This document shows, piece after piece, positions 1-10,857 of a stretch of 64,000 nt of DNA (its first letter is position 1; every line of letters starts with the position of its first letter). The position numbers and the translations under genes were made by a program. The stretch comes from Barthelona sp. PCE (taxonomy: Eukaryota), in the NCBI GenBank assembly GCA_040285745.1, contig JAUFOR010000008.1:1426001-1490000 (forward strand). The letters run 5' to 3'. The notes below the pieces were generated by a model that searched no databases, was not told the DNA's origin, and saw only the letters and a program-made list of their open reading frames with translations.

Positions 1-948
1 CTTCTTTGTGAGTGCGCAATTCAACAAACGTGTCTTCAGAGGTATTGATTCTTTGACAACGGGTTCCGGCTTCTCTTCTTTGATAGGGAGTGCCTTACAA
101 ACAACATGACGTTCAAGGATATCAAAACGCTTAACGTAGCCCTCTTGACAAGCTGAAAGTCTCAAATCCTCACAGATGGCGTGCTCAGGACATTTGTTGC
201 ACTTGATAAGCCAGGATTCTCCTTCCATCTGTTCACAGAAAGGGTAAAACGCAGGTAGAATGTAAAAAGTTGCCAGACCAAGCAATAAAAAGGTAACTAA
301 AAGAGTAAAACACACAGACTTACCCTTGTGCTCCTCATCATCGGTCTCCTCATCACTGTCATCATACACCGGCAGCTGGTCCTCCATAGTTTCAATGTCT
401 GGCAAGTCAGGAAGTTCAGTCTCAGGGAACTCCTCTTCCATGTCCTCGATCTCTTCAACAGCTTCCATGACCTCCTCTACAATTTCCTCCGGGGCAGGGG
501 AGAGGGAACGCCTCTTTGGAGTCTGTGAAAAACGCTTCTTAATCTCAACTTCACCAATTCCTTCACCAAGGCCTATACGACCATCACGAGGTGTTGCGGA
601 ACGACGGCGCAAGTTAAAGGTACGCTTGGGTGTGTTGATTTCGCGCTTAGGGGTAGCACGACGACGGGAACTCATTGGAACGACGGGTTCAAGCTCTTCA
701 ACTTCTTCCTCTTCGCTCAATTCTTCCTTCTTCTCAATTGGTTCTTCCAACTCTTCTTCTGATTCCTCTGACTCATCATTGAAATACAGGGGGAGGATAT
801 GATTATTGTATAGAGATACGTACTGCTGCTTTCTTACCTTCCTTGGAGGAAGCTCGATCTCATGGTACGTCAGGATCTGTTTCAGCTGCGCGACGGTTAA
901 GTTAGTGCCGTCCTGCGGTAAATCGAAGTTTAAACCAGGTACTGACAT
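1..948 (-). CDS. Src1/Heh1/Man1-like inner nuclear membrane protein (HeH/LEM-like + TM + MSC domain); 3' end runs off the window
   Basis: Absent from the ORF track because it has no stop in the window. Manual translation from ATG 948 gives MSVPGLNFDLPQDGTNLTVAQLKQILTYHEIELPPRKVRKQQYVSLYNNHILP (HeH-like), then an acidic/basic linker with KR/RRR clusters, a TM segment (VCFTLLVTFLLLGLATFYIL), and CNKCPEHAIC...CQEGY (MSC luminal Cys motif). Confidence 0.75.
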   Translation of the reverse strand, partial: MSVPGLNFDLPQDGTNLTVAQLKQILTYHEIELPPRKVRKQQYVSLYNNHILPLYFNDESEESEEELEEPIEKKEELSEEEEVEELEPVVPMSSRRRATPKREINTPKRTFNLRRRSATPRDGRIGLGEGIGEVEIKKRFSQTPKRRSLSPAPEEIVEEVMEAVEEIEDMEEEFPETELPDLPDIETMEDQLPVYDDSDEETDDEEHKGKSVCFTLLVTFLLLGLATFYILPAFYPFCEQMEGESWLIKCNKCPEHAICEDLRLSACQEGYVKRFDILERHVVCKALPIKEEKPEPVVKESIPLKTRLLNCALTKK

Positions 949-1188
949 TGAAAAGGGATTTAATCGTGAATACAAGCATTTTCGTTGTCCATCGATGGTA
1001 TAGTGTAATTTAGTTCCAAATAACGTCCGGCGCACTGCAAGAGAAGATGCTAAAGCATCGAACAAGCGAGTGCCTGTTCAACAATTCTTTATTCAATCTA
1101 TCATTAAAATAAAACATAACCAACCTCTTTCAACAATACTCATGTTGTGTGAACTGTAAAAAAAGCGAAAGAACAAAAGAAGCACTAT

Positions 1189-1779
1189 TTACAAATTCTT
1201 CAGCTGATTGCTTACAACGTACTTACCTGCGGAAGCCAAATAAGAGTTGGCCTTTTCCTTGAGCTTGGCCTGTCTATCCTTAGAACAACGAATGAATCCA
1301 AGAAGGTTGGCACCATTTAAGGCAATACCGACAAATATAATGACGAGAGCCTTAAGACCACTCATGAATAAGATCAGAAGGACAAAGCCACACCATACTA
1401 GAGTGCTAACCCAGAGACCAGTCCAAAAAACAGTAGAATCTATCTTGGGAATGATGCTCACATCCTCTTTCGATTCATACCTCCATTCACTCTTGCCTGT
1501 TGTGTGGTTGAACTCGCTGTACCACTTAAGGCCCACGAGTAACCTTCCAAAAATGTTTTTCGTGGCATAAAAATCAATAGCAAGCAAAAATATTTGAATA
1601 ACACTTTCTTTGATATAACTACTGAAGAAAAAGCTAGATGTGATGAAAAACAATATAGCTAGAGCCTTAAATATAATGTGACACAAACTTGCAACAGGAT
1701 GGCTACTTCCTGAAACTACTTGAGCGACTACTGGCTTTTTGACTTCGCCATCAACGTGGGATGTATCGGGGTCTGACAT
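1189..1779 (-). CDS. TVP23: Golgi membrane protein TVP23/FAM18 (DUF846)
   Basis: HPVASLCHIIFK, DFYATKNIFGRLLVGLKW, FWTGL and NLLGFIRC match family motifs. Confidence 0.9.
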   Translation of the reverse strand: MSDPDTSHVDGEVKKPVVAQVVSGSSHPVASLCHIIFKALAILFFITSSFFFSSYIKESVIQIFLLAIDFYATKNIFGRLLVGLKWYSEFNHTTGKSEWRYESKEDVSIIPKIDSTVFWTGLWVSTLVWCGFVLLILFMSGLKALVIIFVGIALNGANLLGFIRCSKDRQAKLKEKANSYLASAGKYVVSNQLKNL

Positions 1780-1954
1780 AACAACAATAAATGCGTGTAA
1801 GAGAGAAAAAGGGTTGTAAAGACAAAAACAATCGTTTACTTTGGATTACACTCGATACATATATTATTCAACCAGTTTAAATCGAATAAATCGACCATTA
1901 CACAAACAGAAGAACCATACAAAGTCTTGCAATCTTGTTGAAACAATTAGTACT

Positions 1955-2836
1955 ATGTTTCAAGCTGAAAAATATGATACGTTGGCATCATACTACAAAA
2001 TTCTTGTAGTTTCTGATGTCCATTCCGACTTTGAATCCATAGATAAGCTAATACGCCACATGAGTCATAACAACAATCACAGAGGTGAATTTTTTGATAT
2101 GGTTTTTGTCTTGGGCGACATAGCTAACCTGCCAAACCTCCCCTGCGAATATTCTGAGGATCAAATGAAACAAGCAATTGACGAACTCCAATTGGCTCTT
2201 GTTACTCTTTTAAATCTTGGTCCTGTTTATTTCATTCCCGGAAACCATGACTCACTGGAAGCATTCACCGATTTTAGACCAAAAAGTGACCTAATTAAAT
2301 CTGTTCACAATCGCATCATTAAAATTGATGAAAACCTTACAATAATGGGGTTCGGAGGCTCATCTGACACCGTTTGGTGCGATGAGAATGGAGAAGAGCA
2401 TGTATACTGGGGTGGATACCCGTATAGCGAAGACGTTGATGTAACATTCGCGTCAAACTCCATGCTGGAAAACCTAAAGTATCATGCATCAGAACGTGTG
2501 CTTCTTTTGACGCACCAAGGCCCTGCAAATTCAGCAAAAACAGTTGTGACCAAATTTCAGTCCAACTCCTTTGATCTAGAAAATTCCGAAAAACTTCCTT
2601 TATACACAGGGTCTGTTGCAATTCAAAATCTTACTGAAGAGATTTCACGCCACAACCAGTTGCTGGGATTGCTGCATGGCCACACCCATTGCATGTACGG
2701 GATCGATTCTATCCATGCAAACGGTAATGAGATCCCGGTTATGAACCCTGGTGCTCTAAAGAACCAACGCTACGGTGTCTTAAAGATCTCAAAGATTTCA
2801 AACGATCTGGATTTCCAGCTGCACCAATTTGAATAA
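1955..2836 (+). CDS. Calcineurin-like metallophosphoesterase (Icc-like)
   Basis: All five metal-binding motifs are present: SDVH, GD, GNHD, LTH, HGHTH. The first ATG is at 1955; the track start at 1841 is TTG. Confidence 0.88.
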   Translation: MFQAEKYDTLASYYKILVVSDVHSDFESIDKLIRHMSHNNNHRGEFFDMVFVLGDIANLPNLPCEYSEDQMKQAIDELQLALVTLLNLGPVYFIPGNHDSLEAFTDFRPKSDLIKSVHNRIIKIDENLTIMGFGGSSDTVWCDENGEEHVYWGGYPYSEDVDVTFASNSMLENLKYHASERVLLLTHQGPANSAKTVVTKFQSNSFDLENSEKLPLYTGSVAIQNLTEEISRHNQLLGLLHGHTHCMYGIDSIHANGNEIPVMNPGALKNQRYGVLKISKISNDLDFQLHQFE

Positions 2837-5278
2837 TCACTCAATCGAAATCGAAAGAACGTCATGCTCATCAAAGGAATCCACGTTCATTTGCAGCTCG
2901 AACTCCCTTGGACTATCATCAATGCTCATTCGATCTAACAAGGTCAGGTCAGGAAGACTCATCTCCACTGGACTTGTTGGCGCCAACGGTGATGAAATAG
3001 GCCGCCTAGCTGTGTTTGGTATTGTCATGATCGGCATGGAAGGACTGTGTAAAGGCGATGGTGCACTAGAGTTGGAAGGGGAATGACGTGCTGTTGGGTT
3101 GAACTGAATATCTCTCCACAGATGAAGATTCTCTGCCACGTGGTCCTCAAACTCGTGTAAGTCCATACAAAACGCAGTCAGGGACTTGAACAAAGGTAGA
3201 CAAATGAACTCTAGGAATCCAATCTCCAATAGCGCCAACCGCTCTGTGGTGTCGTCTGTGAGCCTATCAAAGTAATCAGAAATCGGTATATCGTACGCAC
3301 GTTCCTGGTCTCCTTGGAAGAAGAATTCTTCTCTTAAACGAAGGGCCCAATCTCTGTGAATATCAAAAGGTTTCGCAACGTTACCAACATCTGCACATTT
3401 TAACAAGATAACCGCAAGCTTGATTCGATGAGAGCTTTCAAATTTGTTAAAGTTGGGACTCAGCAAATTAAAGTCGTTAACCAACGTCCTGTGAGAAGAC
3501 ATATCTGTACCCAAAACACATCTGATAATAAACTTTCTAAAGATGTTATAGTTGCGATAGGACATTCCTTCAAGGAAATTAAGAATAGGGACTTTTAATA
3601 TGTAAAAAAGGGTCTTTAAATGAAGGTTTTCCAAGGGAGAGTTGTCATTGAATTTTATAGTAAACTCGTGTTGAATCTTGTGTAAGAAGTTGGATGAAAC
3701 ACCAGGATGCCTTATATCATGAGCCAAAGCTGCAATAAATAAGGAAAATAGCTCAATTGTTAAAAAATTTTCAGAAAGATTTCCAATTCGAATAAGTTGG
3801 TACAGTGTAAAGAATACATCAAGACAATGAACAAAATTATGAAATGAATTATTATAATAGTAATACTGCAAAATCCTAATGAACGAGAAAAAACGTTTTC
3901 GATTGACAACCAGAATATCATAGAAATTAAAATATTTCATGACGCTATCAATATGCGCTGTAATTACATCCAGCTCGAGCGTTAAGACATTAAAGGTAAG
4001 GTCTATGCTCGGCATAACGCCCCTCAGTGTGTTGAGGCACACAAAATCATCAATCGGGGATGAAGGTGAAATCATTGCTGTTGCGCTCGTGTAGAATCTC
4101 CCACCAAATGGTTTTAACGGCGGGCGATAGCTCTCCGTGATGATGACAGCGCCCTCGCCCTCGATCTCAACAATTCCTATATTAGAATGACTGTTGGGCA
4201 CAATTTTTGCTGCACTGTCAATGTAATACGTCTTCTTCATGAAACTGAGACGCCTATTTCCTTGTGTAGGAGGGTGCAACGAGTAGTTGTCGATGCTTGG
4301 CCCCGCTGTATTCAACTGTGTCGATAAAAACCTCTTAAGATCAGGGGGAAAGTGTTGCAACGTGGCATCGTACGAATTCATAACATTATAGTATGAGGCA
4401 ACGTCCGATATGCTCTTTGCAATAACGTCTCGCCCAAGATCTGGGTTGTGGTCGATCGAGTCAACCAGCGTCAGCAAACTCTGCTGGATAGTGTGCATTG
4501 TTTTATGAACAGCATCAATATCGTGCTTTGCAAACAAATCAGAGACAGACCCCTCGTGGTACTGCTGCCTCCGCTTATGCACAAAGGACCTGCTGAGCCT
4601 CAGAGACTTGCCACTCGTGGGAGTCGTGACATCCTCTGTAGGAACCTCAAAGTCGGCATCACTATCTCTCTCAAAAAAGCCGCTCGACTGAATAACGCTC
4701 AGCTGGTTCGTCATAGTGTGTGGGGAGTGGGGCGATACCGGTGATGACGTGCTCAACAGACTGTTCAGTGAATCAGTCGAAGGGACTCCTGCCAAGGCGA
4801 TCTGGCTAATGAGGTTGGCGGCCTCTAGCGAGGATGAGATGAGATCAAGGCATAGATTAAAGGTGTCTTCGAAGTATTCCCGACTAAATTCTGTTGCTGG
4901 GTTGTGAATGATAATGCTTGAACAAACGATTCCGTTCTCAATCTCAATAATCCCAAATTGAGGAATGACTGTACGAAGCCCCATAATATCGGTGAGTGAG
5001 TACGGTGATATATCATCATCGTTGAAAAGAACAAGAAGAGGCATCCGTTCCAAAAATATGACTGAGTTTTCTGTGAGCACGTTCTCGACCTCCTGATATG
5101 TAGAATATATCTGCACAGGCCTTGTAACAATAGATTTGAGATCTAATACAAGGTTTTCAGATGGATTAATAAAGAATATTGGCACAAGTTGGTCGTAGAC
5201 AAAAGAATCTATATCTACAGCATCCTCGATACATATAGGATCTACCCTGACTGTATTTGTCTTCAAAGGCGATGTCAT
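2837..5278 (-). CDS. Class I 3',5'-cyclic nucleotide phosphodiesterase
   Basis: FHNFVH, AHDIRHPG, LENLH, TDMSSH, KCADVGN and EEFFFQGDQE are PDEase_I signature motifs, in the C-terminal half. Confidence 0.95.
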   Translation of the reverse strand: MTSPLKTNTVRVDPICIEDAVDIDSFVYDQLVPIFFINPSENLVLDLKSIVTRPVQIYSTYQEVENVLTENSVIFLERMPLLVLFNDDDISPYSLTDIMGLRTVIPQFGIIEIENGIVCSSIIIHNPATEFSREYFEDTFNLCLDLISSSLEAANLISQIALAGVPSTDSLNSLLSTSSPVSPHSPHTMTNQLSVIQSSGFFERDSDADFEVPTEDVTTPTSGKSLRLSRSFVHKRRQQYHEGSVSDLFAKHDIDAVHKTMHTIQQSLLTLVDSIDHNPDLGRDVIAKSISDVASYYNVMNSYDATLQHFPPDLKRFLSTQLNTAGPSIDNYSLHPPTQGNRRLSFMKKTYYIDSAAKIVPNSHSNIGIVEIEGEGAVIITESYRPPLKPFGGRFYTSATAMISPSSPIDDFVCLNTLRGVMPSIDLTFNVLTLELDVITAHIDSVMKYFNFYDILVVNRKRFFSFIRILQYYYYNNSFHNFVHCLDVFFTLYQLIRIGNLSENFLTIELFSLFIAALAHDIRHPGVSSNFLHKIQHEFTIKFNDNSPLENLHLKTLFYILKVPILNFLEGMSYRNYNIFRKFIIRCVLGTDMSSHRTLVNDFNLLSPNFNKFESSHRIKLAVILLKCADVGNVAKPFDIHRDWALRLREEFFFQGDQERAYDIPISDYFDRLTDDTTERLALLEIGFLEFICLPLFKSLTAFCMDLHEFEDHVAENLHLWRDIQFNPTARHSPSNSSAPSPLHSPSMPIMTIPNTARRPISSPLAPTSPVEMSLPDLTLLDRMSIDDSPREFELQMNVDSFDEHDVLSISIE

Positions 5279-5549
5279 TATCAGACAAAGAAATGGAAAA
5301 ATCGTCTAACAAATTCTGAAGCTTTCAAACTTTTCTGATGATGTTTAAAAAAGTGGTTTATCCAGAAAACATGTGTATGTGAATCGACAATGTAAAAAAT
5401 CTGCCTGCTACAGTCTATTTTCGATTTTCTGTACTTTACCAACTTACATTGGGCATTAAATCAATTATTTCCTCCATTAATGATAGTGGCAAAAGAAATC
5501 GAAAAAATTTCTCTTGTTTCTAATTTCTAAGCAATATCACATTTGGGCA

Positions 5550-8500
5550 ATGCAAACGGGAAACCAAAAACCATCGTTCTCCGAACTGGACGGGGTGGGG
5601 AAAACCATAGATGCTATCATAACGAAAGACAGCGAAAAAAAGACGTTACGTCATTTTAGCACCCAGAAAAGCACTTCATCGCTTGTTTTAGAGGTATGCC
5701 TATTCATTACACAGCCAATTAACTTTTAGAACTTCACACTCAATGACTGCACAAAAAAACAGCTCCCTTCTTTGATTTCGGAAAAATCAACACGCATGAG
5801 AAGCAACTACAACATGGGCCTCCTCGAAGAGATCAATCACGTATACGTAGTCGTTGACAACATGCTTTATTTATGGAATTACGACTTTTCACGCACACAC
5901 CATAATCGCGACAACTCAAATATTGTCCAGATTGACTCGATCGACCAGCTTATCGGAGCAGTTGCCATTGTCAAACCAAAACAGGATGTTTTCCGACAAG
6001 ATGTCGAATATCTCCTTGTTGTGGGTACATCTGTACAGGTACACATCTTTGCGCTTGTATTCAGCGTCCGAGGCAACTATAGATCACCCCTACGTGCCGT
6101 TGACACTAATCTTAGTGTTGTCACCGATGATGTTCCGGTCTCTTGTATTACGGGCTTCAATGACCGCATTCTCTACGCGGGCGTGGATGGTGTGCTCCAT
6201 GAGCTGCTGTACAGGACAGAGACTGGCATTTTCTCGAAGTGGAAGACAAAAACCAAATGTCTGAGCTACCGTTTCTTGCACAATTTTATCCCTAAGATAC
6301 TGTTCTTCAAGCGTAACATGCCCATTGTGCAGATGGAAATCGACCACGATCGGAAGATCCTGTACACCCTTCACCGTAACAAGGATCGGTCAGGTCTGAC
6401 CATATTCTCACTCGCTTCAAATCGCGTTTTGGGACACTATACATACGCACAACTGACGGCCTTGATCCGGGTTAGCTCTGTCAACCTGCAGTCGCAAACC
6501 ATGATGCATATCAAGACGCTCAACATTAAGCAGGCTCATTTGTTGGTTATTCTCAACAATGGAGTTAAGATCTACCTGAAGATGGGACGCGGCAATGGCC
6601 AACTGCAGTTACACCGTATTCGTCTGTCGTATAACTTCAATATTGAGAACAAGGAAACAAAAGAGATCTACAGATTCTTCAACAATAACAGCGTTAAGAA
6701 ATGTTTTACAAGTGGTGATCTCAACATCATGAGTGGTGTCTACGAACATGGGCAGTCCAAGGTCGTTGGCTTCTGGTCGCTTTCACGTGGCATAGAATCG
6801 TGTGACTCTATCAATACCCAAGGTATCATCTATGATATTAAGCAGTTGCCGATCCCCGAGATGGGAGACAGACGCGACCAGATTGTAGTCGACAACGACC
6901 TCCTCGTGCAGGTCTACGGCGAGAATCGTAAGTACGTTGTTCTACTCAGCAACGGTATCTATCTCGTTGAGAAGGAATTGCCCATACACAAGCTGGAGAA
7001 GGCCCTCAATTCACCGAATGAGAGATACGACATCATCAGCCGCTATCAGGATGGCTACGGCCGCCACGAACTTGCAGTCATGCTTCTGCAAATCATCACA
7101 AGGAGTAACACGGCTTCTGTGCACCACGCGGACCGTATGCTGTTGGAGCTGAATACAAACCCGTCTGGGAACATTGCTCGCAGAGGCACACACCGTGCTG
7201 TCGACCTTGAGAGCATTTTCCCGTATTCGGACAAGGCGTTCTCCAAGTTCAACCCAAGTACGTTATTGCTGAGTCTCTCTGTCTACTTTTCCCGTCTTGT
7301 TCAGCCTTTTTGGTCGAACAGATTCCTGGAGAAAATCAGCGAGATGCAGCCAACATCGTTCCTTTCTTTGTTGAGCCCAAGAAAACGCCGTGCCAACGAG
7401 GTTGGTCAGATTGGAAAAGGTGCTTCAAAGGTACCCGCCAATACATACCGCATCACTTGGAGCCATGAAAGAATCAACACTTATCTGCAACATATTGAGG
7501 AACTATCGCACTTCATCAAGCGTACACGTACCAACTGGGACAAACGCCCTGCAGGTGTTGATGAGAGTGTTTGGAACCACGAACGCATCATGGGCATAGG
7601 CCTCTGCCAGCTAATCAAGCGCACTGTCGAGGCGCTCAAGTATTTGAGAACAATCCGCGAGTACCTCTCAAACAAGAATGCAGCTATTGTGAGCGACACG
7701 CCAATCAAGGAACTGATATTTTCAGACTTCTGTAACACGCAGAAGGGGTTGGACGTGTGTCGTGGGATGCTCTCCAGTGTTTCCTTACGTGACATGGACG
7801 ATGAATACGTCAGGATGCTCCAAACAGAGTGTTCTCTCTTTTTCACAGGTTCTGACTTTGCACAGATCAGAGGCCTTCAGCTTCTGGAGCAGGCCACGAA
7901 GTTGTATTCGGAGATCGCACCCGGTCTCGCCAACTCTATGGTGGACCACGCGCAGAGCAACCGTAACCTAGACAAGATGCATAAGCTTTTCAGAGAAGCA
8001 GTTATCCATCTCAAGAGAGCCAATATCACAGAATCTCTGACGGCGTCCGTTATTTCGAAGCTGCACCGTTGCGAAGTCTATGATGGAATTCCGCCATTAT
8101 TAGCAAACCCAATCACGTTCCACCTCATTGATGACATCATTGAGTCTCTCGTGACCATGATGCTCAGCGCTGATCCAGAGCACGAGATGGTGTGCGCGCA
8201 ACGCTGCCTTGCCTTGTTTAGAGCAATCAAGGAGACGCGCAACGAGAATTTGATGAGGCACGTCTTTGACAGGTTGTTACTACACGCAGAATCAGTCACC
8301 ATGCTGTACGAGTACTTTGCAGAGACGGAAACCCTCGAACGCTACTTGCATGACATTGCTGTAGGACAAGACAGACTCAAGCCAGTTGGGGACACGTACA
8401 GGTTCGATTCCAATGAGACTGTTTTCCGCCGTCAAGATCTTATTGCTGAGCTATTCATCCATAAGGGTCAGCAACAGGATGCCTTTACTGTTCTCGTCAA

Positions 8501-9206
8501 GTACGCAATGGCTGAAGATCATGTAGATATCGCTGACCGTGTCAGATACCTTAGCAGAGCCAAACAAGTCGCCTCCACTGTTCACGTCGATAGTGCAAAA
8601 CGGCAGCAGGCTGATGAGATGCTTGATATTGCACTCCTTCAAAAGCAAACGTACGATCGCGTCAAGCACTCTGATTCAGAGTTTGTTGAACACTTGCACG
8701 TCAGCATTTTGGGCTACGATGATCTATTCCAATGTGCCTATCTCAACAAGCTTTATGACATCTGCCTCAGTATAGCATGCAATGCAAACTCACTTGCTGA
8801 TGGAGTCGTTTACCAGATATGGGAAAATATTTTTTCCGAAATTTTTGATTCAATGTCGATGACAATTAGCATATCAGCGCTTGTCACATCTCTCTCTCGA
8901 TACAGCGTGTACTGTGAGTCGTGTCCATTTGATCTACTGATGCCTGAACTCCACAAGGTTCTTTCTGACGAACACGCAGTTGATATTCTATTGCAGGCTG
9001 ATTTCAGAGCTGATGTTGTGTTCGTTGGCATGGTTAGGTGTGCTGGGTCCAGTGACGAGCCTTACATTGCCCGACTTGCATTAAGCGAGGCGGAATATTT
9101 GCTCGATAATGAAGCTTTTATTTCAGATATTCGATACAGAGACATTATTTCTGAAAACCGCCCTAGAATCCGTGCAACAAGAAATCGCCTTGAAAGAAGG
9201 AGATAA
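5550..9206 (+). CDS. NUP155: Nucleoporin Nup155/Nup170; join(5550..5693,5730..9206), about 1206 aa
   Basis: MGLLEEINHVYVVVDNMLYLWNY...IGAVAIVKPKQDVF...YLLVVGT matches the N-terminal propeller of Nup155/170, followed by an alpha-solenoid. Removing the intron joins two in-frame ORFs. Confidence 0.88.
5694..5729 (+). other. Spliceosomal intron, 36 nt, phase 0
   Basis: GTATGC...ATTAACTTTTAG. It contains the in-frame TAG that separates exon 1 (ATG 5550) from the main ORF. Confidence 0.85.
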
Positions 9207-9420
9207 TAAACTTATAATGACTTTGCTCTTCACAATGTTCTCTTTTGCTCTGCTATTTCATTAAACATCAGGTTAGCAATCAGAACAATCTTTTTAATTC
9301 ATACGATCACACAAAACACTACACAACGAGGTATTTTTTTGGACTTTAATCCTTATTGATAAGCAGATAAATAAAACTGAGTTTCAAAGACAATTCGTTT
9401 TCATTTTATTGACTATTATC

Positions 9421-9876
9421 ATGGATTCTAATCTTTTAAATCGAGCAATGCTGAGGTTGGATCCGCGGGGGACGGGTAACGTGTCAGTTAACAGTATCCT
9501 AACACAGTTCAGAAGATTAAAGTTTAAGATATCGCGAACAGCAGTAGAAGATGGAGTTTGGTCCATAGATTCAGACGGTAACGGATATCTTAGTCACGCA
9601 GACATAGAAAATACAATAGAACAAGCAAAAACCGACAGAACAGCACCAACCAAAATTATTAACCTTGTAGAATTCCTGGGCTATGAAGAGGACGGTTATA
9701 TCACGTTGGACCAGTGTATATTGCTGCTGGCAAGCCGCTTTGGGAAGCTATTAACGCAGGCAGATATCCACAACCTCTGGTTCGATACATCAAGTGGTCT
9801 CAGTGATATGAACGAACTTGTTTCATATGCTGAGTTTCTCCGACAGTTGGAATTGACCTCCCTCATTATATCATAA
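9421..9876 (+). CDS. Calmodulin-like EF-hand protein
   Basis: EF-loop-like sequences DPRGTGNVS, DSDGNGYLSHADI and EEDGYITLDQ; about 150 aa. Confidence 0.8.
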   Translation: MDSNLLNRAMLRLDPRGTGNVSVNSILTQFRRLKFKISRTAVEDGVWSIDSDGNGYLSHADIENTIEQAKTDRTAPTKIINLVEFLGYEEDGYITLDQCILLLASRFGKLLTQADIHNLWFDTSSGLSDMNELVSYAEFLRQLELTSLIIS

Positions 9877-9903
9877 TCGTGTAAATTTTTTTTTCTTTAT
9901 TCA

Positions 9904-10809
9904 CTAGTTCTCGGGTGCATAACGGAGATAACTCAAAATTGATTCTGTCTCTGTGTGGGGTTCTGAAGACGAATAATTGGGTGTTGGCAACCGTTCAAAC
10001 GGTGTAGTATCAACAACTATATCAGTTAAGTGTACATTGGCCTTTTCTTTTCTTTTTCGACGAGATTTCTTCTTCTTCGGTTTTGATGCTCTGTAGCTAA
10101 TTGTTCCCAGCAATTCGTGCTTCTTAGGATCTCTTCTCTTTTGTAATTTTTTGTTTTTTGTCCTGCGTTTCTCTTTCAAAAATGCATCTCTGTACAGTCG
10201 ATCTACAGTTGATGAAATCTTGTCTAACTGCTCTTTCCTGACCTTCTTCGAATTGCTACGCTTCTTCTTCTTCATCGAATGCTCCTTTTCGTGCTTCTTC
10301 TGCAACGCTGCTGATGCTACTAATATATTATTGATCTTTCCATTCAAAGCTTCATATGCGTCCATTGGTGTCTGATTCGGTTTTTTAGACTCTCCAATGA
10401 CAATCCTCTCAACAGAAGGCTCCTCCTCTTCAACTTCCACAATAGCCTGCGGGGCAGCAGAAAAACTCTGCTCGCCAAAGGGTACAAACGCATCAAGCTC
10501 TTCAAGGCGGTTCTGCGAGTCAAGGAAGTGTATACGAGAAAGACGCGCCTTAAGCTTATCAAGCACATTGTCAAACAATAAAGAATCCACACTTGAATAA
10601 TTAGTTACGTTTATCTTGTTAGCTAACTCTGTCGAGGGGCCCAGCCTGTGTGCCACAACTGATGAGTTATTGCCTACCGCACCGCTGCATTGCGGTTTTT
10701 CAAAATTTGCCCGTCTTTCAATCTTAGAAACAGCAATATTCGAGTGTGGTCGAATGTACCAGTCTGTTTTTGGCGCCTTAGCGCCTTGAGACCTCGAATT
10801 AAAGTTCAT
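9904..10809 (-). CDS. Hypothetical Lys/Arg-rich protein
   Basis: Long ORF; the first ATG that does not overlap Sec15 is at 10809. Basic clusters and a DRLY motif. Confidence 0.65.
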   Translation of the reverse strand: MNFNSRSQGAKAPKTDWYIRPHSNIAVSKIERRANFEKPQCSGAVGNNSSVVAHRLGPSTELANKINVTNYSSVDSLLFDNVLDKLKARLSRIHFLDSQNRLEELDAFVPFGEQSFSAAPQAIVEVEEEEPSVERIVIGESKKPNQTPMDAYEALNGKINNILVASAALQKKHEKEHSMKKKKRSNSKKVRKEQLDKISSTVDRLYRDAFLKEKRRTKNKKLQKRRDPKKHELLGTISYRASKPKKKKSRRKRKEKANVHLTDIVVDTTPFERLPTPNYSSSEPHTETESILSYLRYAPEN

Positions 10810-10857
10810 TAAGGTGTTTAACGATATATCACTTTTCTCCAACGGTTTTGTTCTTTT

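Noticed and set aside
297..837. GTAAG donor-like sites on the minus strand at 323 and 837
   Set aside because: The frame is open through both, and they encode the HeH helix and the start of the TM segment, so no intron is needed.
5718..5729. ATTAACTTTTAG resembles the fixed branch-point/3' splice-site spacing of Trichomonas and Giardia
   Set aside because: The second intron has a different spacing (TATAACTCATTTTTAG), and two introns cannot establish a rule.
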